Source: a virus
IMG/VR virus record: IMGVR_UViG_3300025872_000051
Location: 12,162 to 76,161 of that record
Reading direction: 5' to 3' (one strand)
Length of the DNA stretch: 64,000 nt
Shown here piece after piece: positions 57,899 to 64,000 of the stretch. Under the pieces are notes generated by a model. It worked only from the letters and a program-made list of their open reading frames with translations, was not told the DNA's origin and did no database searches. Every line of letters begins with the position of its first letter. Positions within the stretch are counted from its first letter, which is position 1. Position numbers and translations under genes: made by a program.

Positions 57899-58450
57899 AT
57901 GACGGCAGGACAAATAGATAATAGAAACTTTTTATCCCCAACGGGATTTAAGTTTACTTTAAAAAGAACACCAAAAATTGCATTTTTTTGCAATTCAGCA
58001 AATATTCCAGATTTAACTTTTGGTGTTGCCACTCAACCAACTTACTTAAAAGATATACCAATTCCCGGCGATAAAATAGTTTTCGGAGATCTCAATCTAA
58101 GATTTCTTGTAGACGAAAATCTTGAGAACTATATGGAAATACAAAACTGGATTCGCGGTATGGGTTATCCAGAAAGTTTGCAACAAATCTATGATTTTCA
58201 AGAAACTGGATATATCACCCCGAGAATTGAAGCACAAAAGCAACTTGGATTATATTCGGATGGAACTCTTCAAGTTTTAACAAGTTCATCAATACCAAAT
58301 TTTCAAATTGTTTTTAGAGATCTTTTTCCATATACACTAAGCACATTAAGTTTTGACGCAACAAATACAGATGTACAGTACTTTACAGCAGAGGTAAGTT
58401 TCAAGTATACTATTTACAATATAGTTGATCTTGGCGGAAATCCTTTATGA
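57899..58450 (+). CDS. gp3: tail completion protein gp3
   Basis: NFLSP.GF.F, ANIP, FLVDENLENY.EI.NW. Confidence 0.9.
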   Translation: MTAGQIDNRNFLSPTGFKFTLKRTPKIAFFCNSANIPDLTFGVATQPTYLKDIPIPGDKIVFGDLNLRFLVDENLENYMEIQNWIRGMGYPESLQQIYDFQETGYITPRIEAQKQLGLYSDGTLQVLTSSSIPNFQIVFRDLFPYTLSTLSFDATNTDVQYFTAEVSFKYTIYNIVDLGGNPL

Positions 58451-58884
58451 GTTTAGATCTTGATTCTATACAAAAGATGTGGGAACAAGATTCAAAGATA
58501 GATATTGATAATCTCCATACAGAATCTTTGAATATTCCCATTCTACATGCAAAATATTTTGATTTATATAATACAATTTTTCTACTAAGAAAAAAGGCAG
58601 AGCAACAAAAAAGAAATATAAGACACGAAAGATATGAATATTATTCGGGAAAAGCTGATCCAGATGTATATGTAGATAATCCATTCCCCAAAAAGATTCG
58701 TGATAAAGATACCATGCAAAAGTATCTTGATGCGGACGAAAAACTTTCTACAGTTTGCTTAAAAATTGATTACTACGATACAATGTTAGTGTATATAGAG
58801 AGTATTCTAAAGATGATACAAAATAGAACTTACCAGATTAAGAATTCAATTGAGTTTATGCGATTTAACTCTGGACTAGGGTAA
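58447..58884 (+). CDS. uvsY: recombination mediator UvsY
   Basis: W..DSKID, IP.LHAKY, YYSGKA, R.YQIKN.IEF. Confidence 0.92.
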   Translation: MSLDLDSIQKMWEQDSKIDIDNLHTESLNIPILHAKYFDLYNTIFLLRKKAEQQKRNIRHERYEYYSGKADPDVYVDNPFPKKIRDKDTMQKYLDADEKLSTVCLKIDYYDTMLVYIESILKMIQNRTYQIKNSIEFMRFNSGLG

Positions 58885-58899
58885 ATAAATACTCATAGC

Positions 58900-60384
58900 A
58901 TGATGAATGTTATGAGTGATGTAATTATTGAAAAGAAAAATGAAGTTTTTTTGAAACTTCATTGTGAGGCACATATTCTTTACGAACTTCAACCTTATTT
59001 TACATTTGAGGTTGAATCTGCAAAATTCATGTCCCAGTATAGAAGCAGGCACTGGGATGGAAAGATTAGGCTATTAAGCACTCATACTGGAGAAATTTAT
59101 GTCGGATTACTTGATAAGGTAATCAACAAACTTTCTCTGCATAATTATACTTATGAATTTAAAGAAAATAAATTCTACGGACAACCTTTTGAGATAAACG
59201 AACATATCTCATATGAAGGTGTTAAAGATTATATGAATTCTATTTGTTCTCATTCTCCAAGAGATTATCAAATAGAGGGAGTATACGATGCTCTAAGACA
59301 TAACCGTAAATTATTAATAAGTCCCACTGCATCAGGCAAATCTCTGATGATTTATTCGTTAGTGAGATACTACGTACACAAGAACGAAAAAATTCTTTTA
59401 GTTGTTCCAACGACATCTCTTGTAGAGCAGATGTATAAGGATTTTCAGGATTATGGATGGGATGCTGAGTCATACTGTCACCGTATCTATTCGGGAAGAG
59501 AAAAAACAAATGAGTTTCCAGTTACAATTACAACTTGGCAATCAGTATACAAACTAGAGCGTTCTTTCTTTGAGGATTATGGAGTGATTATAGGTGATGA
59601 AGCTCATTTATTCAAGAGCAAGTCACTTGTAGATATTATGACTAAACTCCATCATGCAAAATATCGTTTTGGATTTACCGGTACTCTAGACGGAACTCAA
59701 ACGCATAAATGGGTTCTTGAAGGATTATTTGGTCCATCGTATAAGGTGACTAAAACTGATGAACTGATGCGTCAAGGACATCTTTCTCAGTTGGATATTC
59801 AATGCATTGTTCTTAAACATCCTCCTCAAAAGTTTGAGAAGTATGAAGATGAAATTCAATATTTAATCTCCCACAATCAAAGAAATAAATTTATTACAAA
59901 CCTTTCTTTGGATCTAAAAGGCAATACACTTGTTCTGTTTTCTAGAGTAGAAGCACATGGAGCAATACTCTACGAAAAGATAAATAATACTAAGCGAGAT
60001 GATCGTAAAGTATTTTTCATTCATGGTGGAGTTGATACTGAAGAAAGAGAATTAGTTAGAGAAATTACAGAAAGAGAAAATAATGCAATTATTGTTGCAT
60101 CTTATGGAACGTTCTCTACAGGTATTAATATTAAGAATCTACACAATGTAATTTTTGCTTCTCCAAGTAAATCAAGAATTCGCAATCTTCAATCAATCGG
60201 AAGAGTTTTGAGAAAAGGAAAAAACAAAACAAAAGCAGTTCTTTATGATATTGCCGATGATTGCACTTATAACTCAAGAAAAAACTATACTCTTAATCAC
60301 CTCATAGAAAGAATTAAAATCTATAATGAAGAAAACTTTAATTATGAAATAATCACTATACAACTTAAGAAAAATGGGAATTGA
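58900..60384 (+). CDS. uvsW: SF2 helicase UvsW
   Basis: SPTASGKS, GDEAH, LQSIGRVLR. Confidence 0.97.
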   Translation: MMNVMSDVIIEKKNEVFLKLHCEAHILYELQPYFTFEVESAKFMSQYRSRHWDGKIRLLSTHTGEIYVGLLDKVINKLSLHNYTYEFKENKFYGQPFEINEHISYEGVKDYMNSICSHSPRDYQIEGVYDALRHNRKLLISPTASGKSLMIYSLVRYYVHKNEKILLVVPTTSLVEQMYKDFQDYGWDAESYCHRIYSGREKTNEFPVTITTWQSVYKLERSFFEDYGVIIGDEAHLFKSKSLVDIMTKLHHAKYRFGFTGTLDGTQTHKWVLEGLFGPSYKVTKTDELMRQGHLSQLDIQCIVLKHPPQKFEKYEDEIQYLISHNQRNKFITNLSLDLKGNTLVLFSRVEAHGAILYEKINNTKRDDRKVFFIHGGVDTEERELVREITERENNAIIVASYGTFSTGINIKNLHNVIFASPSKSRIRNLQSIGRVLRKGKNKTKAVLYDIADDCTYNSRKNYTLNHLIERIKIYNEENFNYEIITIQLKKNGN

Positions 60385-60769
60385 AGAAGATTTTTATGCA
60401 ACACTTAAATTAAAAACAGGCGAAGAAATCTTCGCTAAAGTAGCAGCTTCTGAGGAAGAAGATAAAACATTATTAATTATTACCAATCCAATTATAATAA
60501 AAGAAGTTAAAAGTAAAACTGGGATGGTTGGATATAAAATAGAACCTTGGTTAAAAACAACCACAGATGATATGTTTATCCTTAACCTTGAGGATGTTTT
60601 AACGATGTCCGAATCATCTGATATTGAAATGATAATGATGTATCAAAGTTATGCAAGACAATCTTCAAAAGATACTACCAATCATTCCCAAATTAACCGC
60701 AGAATGGGATACATTGCTAATGTGAATGATGCTAAAGAGATCTTAGAGAAACTCTATAAAAATAGCTAA
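60374..60769 (+). CDS. conserved hypothetical protein (Sm-like fold)
   Basis: KLKTGEEI...PW pattern; position between uvsW and gp55. Confidence 0.7.
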   Translation: MGIEEDFYATLKLKTGEEIFAKVAASEEEDKTLLIITNPIIIKEVKSKTGMVGYKIEPWLKTTTDDMFILNLEDVLTMSESSDIEMIMMYQSYARQSSKDTTNHSQINRRMGYIANVNDAKEILEKLYKNS

Positions 60770-60820
60770 AGATAATCTTTTCAACCCCGACAAAGGTTAT
60801 TGTACAGGGTTTAAATGGTG

Positions 60821-60849
60821 TTGTCAAGTATTTTTAGAAATGCTATAAT
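60821..60849 (+). promoter_or_regulatory. sigma70-type promoter for gp55-47-46
   Basis: TTGTCA-17 bp-TATAAT with an extended TG. Confidence 0.75.
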
Positions 60850-60873
60850 TCATACATATTATGAGTAAAACTA

Positions 60874-61368
60874 ATGATTACAACAGCAGTTATGACCAAG
60901 AGAAAAAGGTCAGAGCATTACGTCAACAATAAAGAGTTTCTTGCTGCACTTATTAAGTACCGCGAGGATATTGATATTGCGCGTCTCCAAGATAAACCAA
61001 AACCACCGATCCCCCGCTACATTGGTGAGTGTTTCTTGAAGATCGCAAATCATCTCTCCTTTAAACCTAACTTTGTAAACTATATGTTTAAAGAAGATAT
61101 GATTTCCGATGGAATTGAAAATTGCGTCCAGTACATTCACAACTTCAATCCCGAGAAGTCACAGAATCCTTTTGCTTACTTCACTCAAATCATTCACTAC
61201 GCTTTCCTTCGTCGTATTCAAAGAGAGAAGCGTCAGTTAGAAATCAAAAACAAAATCCTTGAGCGTTCGGGGTATTCTGAGGTTTTTGAGGACAACAGCC
61301 TTGACGGATCTAACTACAGCGACTACAATAGTATCAAGGATAATGTTCACGCGAAACTACGTTACTGA
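60874..61368 (+). CDS. gp55: late transcription sigma factor gp55
   Basis: HYVNNKEF, DMISDGIENC, NPFAYFTQI..YAFLRRI. Confidence 0.97.
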   Translation: MITTAVMTKRKRSEHYVNNKEFLAALIKYREDIDIARLQDKPKPPIPRYIGECFLKIANHLSFKPNFVNYMFKEDMISDGIENCVQYIHNFNPEKSQNPFAYFTQIIHYAFLRRIQREKRQLEIKNKILERSGYSEVFEDNSLDGSNYSDYNSIKDNVHAKLRY

Positions 61369-62402
61369 TGCGTATTGCTTTGATTAACGACACTCATTAC
61401 GGTGCTCGTAAAGGTTCAAAACTATTTCATGACTATTTTGAACTTTTCTATAAGAATGTGTTCTTCCCGACGCTGGAACAGTACGGGATCACAACACTTA
61501 TTCATATGGGAGATGCTTTTGATAGTCGTAAATCAATTGACTACCAAAGTTTAGAGTGGGCAAAAAGAGTTGTATTTGAACCTCTAAGAAATTATGATGT
61601 TCATATGATTGTTGGTAATCATGATTCTTATTATAAGAATACAAATAATACTAACTCTCCACAACTTCTTCTTAAAGATTATCCAAATGTGAAAACATAT
61701 TCGGATCCAACAGAGATTAAAGTAGGAAATCTTGATATTCTACTTCTTCCTTGGATTTGTATGGATAACCAAGATCAATCTTTGAAGTTAATCAAGAAGA
61801 CCAAAGCAAAAGTTGCTATGGGTCATTTGGAACTTCAGGGGTTTCGCGTAAACCGTTCTTTGGTTATGGAACATGGATTGGAAGCAGATCTTTTTAAGGA
61901 CTTCAAAAAGGTATTTTCTGGTCATTACCACACTCGTTCTAATAATGGAACTGTATTCTATACGGGAAATCCTTATGAGATTTATTGGACGGATGTAGGT
62001 GATACTCGCGGTTTTACTATTTTTGATACTGAAACTCTAGAGCACGAACCTATCAATAATCCGTATAAAATGTTTCATAACATTTATTATGAGGATACTA
62101 ACTATCAAACTTTTGATACTAGAGAGTATGAGAATAAAATCGTAAAAGTAGTTGTCCGTAAGAAAACTGATACTAAACAGTTTGAAAGGTTTATTGATAA
62201 ACTTTATTCTTCCAATATTGCTGAACTCAAAATAGTTGAGAACTTTGAAATTCAAGAATCTGCAGAGTTTGAGGCTTTTGAATCTGAAGATACACTTTCG
62301 ATCCTGAATAGATATATTGAGGAGGCAGAAGTCAATCTTGATAAATCTATAGTACAAAAACTACTTCAAGAAGTTTATCAAGAAGCGTGTGAATTGGTTT
62401 AA
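61368..62402 (+). CDS. gp47: recombination endonuclease subunit gp47 (Mre11/SbcD-like)
   Basis: DTHYG, GD.FD, GNHD, GHLE, SGHYH. Confidence 0.96.
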   Translation: MRIALINDTHYGARKGSKLFHDYFELFYKNVFFPTLEQYGITTLIHMGDAFDSRKSIDYQSLEWAKRVVFEPLRNYDVHMIVGNHDSYYKNTNNTNSPQLLLKDYPNVKTYSDPTEIKVGNLDILLLPWICMDNQDQSLKLIKKTKAKVAMGHLELQGFRVNRSLVMEHGLEADLFKDFKKVFSGHYHTRSNNGTVFYTGNPYEIYWTDVGDTRGFTIFDTETLEHEPINNPYKMFHNIYYEDTNYQTFDTREYENKIVKVVVRKKTDTKQFERFIDKLYSSNIAELKIVENFEIQESAEFEAFESEDTLSILNRYIEEAEVNLDKSIVQKLLQEVYQEACELV

Positions 62403-62677
62403 TGTTTATTCTAACAATTAACGGCAAAGAAAAAGAAGGCGCATATTCTGTAATGGATGATGAAGGAGAACACATCCTTTATTTGTTTCAGGAAGAGGAT
62501 GATGCTACTCGCTATGCTATGATGTTAGAAGAAGATGGTTATCCAGAAATGCATGTAATTGAAATTGAAGATGAGGTAATGATAAAAACTTGCGAACTTC
62601 ATGGATATCAATATACACTAATTACCCCAGATGACATTGTTATTCCTCCAATTAATGTGACTCATGATTTTATTTAA
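62402..62677 (+). CDS. conserved cyanophage/cyanobacterial hypothetical protein (DUF3110-like)
   Basis: EGAYSV...F.EEDDA.RYA.ML...IPP. Confidence 0.7.
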   Translation: MFILTINGKEKEGAYSVMDDEGEHILYLFQEEDDATRYAMMLEEDGYPEMHVIEIEDEVMIKTCELHGYQYTLITPDDIVIPPINVTHDFI

Positions 62678-64000
62678 AACTATTCGTTGGAAAAATTTTC
62701 TTTCTACTGGAAACCAATTTACAGAAGTTGATTTTACAAAGAATTCAACGAATCTCATTATTGGATCAAATGGTGCTGGAAAGAGTACAATTCTTGATGC
62801 ATTGACCTTTTCTTTGTTTGGGAAACCATTCCGCAAGATTAATAAACCTCAACTTATCAATTCTACAAATGATAGGGACTGTAGAGTTGAGGTTGAGTTT
62901 GATATTGGAAGTACTTCTTGGAAAGTGGTAAGGGGTATTAAACCTAATATCTTTGAGATTTATCGTGATGATTCTCTTTTGGATCAATCTTCTGCTGCTT
63001 TGGATCAGCAAAAGTGGTTGGAGCAAAATGTTCTTAAAATGAACTATAAGTCCTTTACTCAGATTGTGATTCTGGGTTCCAGTACTTTTGTTCCTTTTAT
63101 GCAACTTCCCGCATCTCATCGCCGTGAGGTGATTGAGGATCTTCTTGATATAAAGATCTTTTCTTCTATGAATCTTGTAATTAAAGATAAGATTCGTTTA
63201 CTTAAAGATGAAATCAAAACTCTTGAATTGAAGAAAGAATCTCTCAACGATAAAGTTAAGATGCAGAAAGAGTTTATTGAAGAACTTGAAAATCGTGGAA
63301 AAGATAATATCAGTAGTAATAATCGGAAAATTTCCGATTTAATGTCTGAAATTGAACTTCATATGAAGGAAAATTCAGTCACTGAAGAAAAGGTGTTTGA
63401 ATTCAATAAAGAACAGGAGTATGTGACTGGAGCAACAGAAAAACTTCGTAAGTTAGGAAATCTCAAAGGAAAGATCTCCCAGAAAGTATCTACGATTACT
63501 AAAGAGCATAAGTTCTTTACTGAGAATACGGTTTGTCCTACTTGTACTCAAGAGATTGACGAGACCTTCAGAATAAATAGAATTAACGACGCTCAAAATA
63601 AAGCAAAAGAGTTGCAATCTGGTTATAAAGAACTGGAGGAGGCAATTAAAGGAGAAGAAGAGCGAGAGCGTCAATTCCTTGCTCTCTCTAAGGAGATTAC
63701 AAAACTCACAAATGAAATTTCTCAAAATAATATTAAGATCAATGGATGCCAACGACAAATCCGAGATCTTGAATCGGAAGTTCAAACTATTACCACTCAA
63801 CTTGAAAACCGAAATACTGAACATGAGAAGTTAGAAAATTTCAGAAACAATCTCCAAACTACATACGAAGAACTAGCCTCTAAAAAGGACTCAGTTAACT
63901 ACTACGATTTCACTTATAGTTTGCTTAAGGACGGAGGAGTAAAAACTAAAATCATCAAGAAGTACCTACCGCTGATAAATCAGCAAGTTAACCGTTATCT
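62664..64000 (+). CDS. gp46: recombination ATPase subunit gp46 (Rad50/SbcC-like), truncated by the window end
   Basis: MILFKTIRWKNFLSTGN, G.NGAGKST Walker A, CPTC hook. Absent from the ORF track because it runs off the end. Confidence 0.95.
   Translation, partial: MILFKTIRWKNFLSTGNQFTEVDFTKNSTNLIIGSNGAGKSTILDALTFSLFGKPFRKINKPQLINSTNDRDCRVEVEFDIGSTSWKVVRGIKPNIFEIYRDDSLLDQSSAALDQQKWLEQNVLKMNYKSFTQIVILGSSTFVPFMQLPASHRREVIEDLLDIKIFSSMNLVIKDKIRLLKDEIKTLELKKESLNDKVKMQKEFIEELENRGKDNISSNNRKISDLMSEIELHMKENSVTEEKVFEFNKEQEYVTGATEKLRKLGNLKGKISQKVSTITKEHKFFTENTVCPTCTQEIDETFRINRINDAQNKAKELQSGYKELEEAIKGEEERERQFLALSKEITKLTNEISQNNIKINGCQRQIRDLESEVQTITTQLENRNTEHEKLENFRNNLQTTYEELASKKDSVNYYDFTYSLLKDGGVKTKIIKKYLPLINQQVNRY

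Noticed and set aside
16338-62402. Introns or inteins in core genes (gp17, gp20, gp23, uvsW, gp47)
   Set aside because: Reading frames are continuous, of normal length, and show no intein or intron signatures.
1039-63824. Numerous minus-strand and alternate-frame ORFs in the track (e.g. 1181-1696, 4271-4909, 12236-12619, 55394-55651, 62766-63119, 63453-63824)
   Set aside because: They overlap well-supported plus-strand genes and have no motifs or RBS, so they are treated as shadow ORFs. Only 3425-3922 and 10906-11409 are accepted on the minus strand.
1-64000. tRNA/rRNA genes, photosynthesis AMGs (psbA, hli), and a DGR or retron reverse transcriptase
   Set aside because: No such motifs were recognised by eye. 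A tRNAscan or HMM search would be needed to exclude them formally.

Overview
This window is part of a T4-like myovirus genome, most likely a cyanophage, inferred from gene order and gene families. It has three parts. (1) Positions 1-13.5 kb are an accessory/early region: about 50 tightly packed, mostly tiny plus-strand genes, two DNA methyltransferases, a probable restriction endonuclease, a ligase-fold protein and two minus-strand HNH genes. (2) Positions ~10.7-14 kb are dense in regulatory elements: sigma70-type promoters, a probable small RNA, palindromes and a possible origin-like segment. (3) Positions 14-64 kb hold the T4-type virion and replication core: gp25, gp6, giant gp7-like, gp8, a large VrlC/DUF4815-like protein, gp13-gp23, gp3, uvsY, uvsW, gp55, gp47 and a partial gp46. 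The most striking unexplained structure is a 33-bp element followed by ATG/ATA (consensus TAAAATAGCTCAC-CTCYAAA-GTGTCCTAGTAGT-ATR), present 11 times in the same orientation between 1079 and 12642. It always lies exactly at gene boundaries, often supplying the upstream stop codon and the downstream start codon. It divides the early region into cassette-like modules, one of which is a complete putative restriction-modification pair. No tRNA, rRNA, CRISPR array or recombinase gene was recognised. All family assignments come from motif recognition by eye, not database searches.
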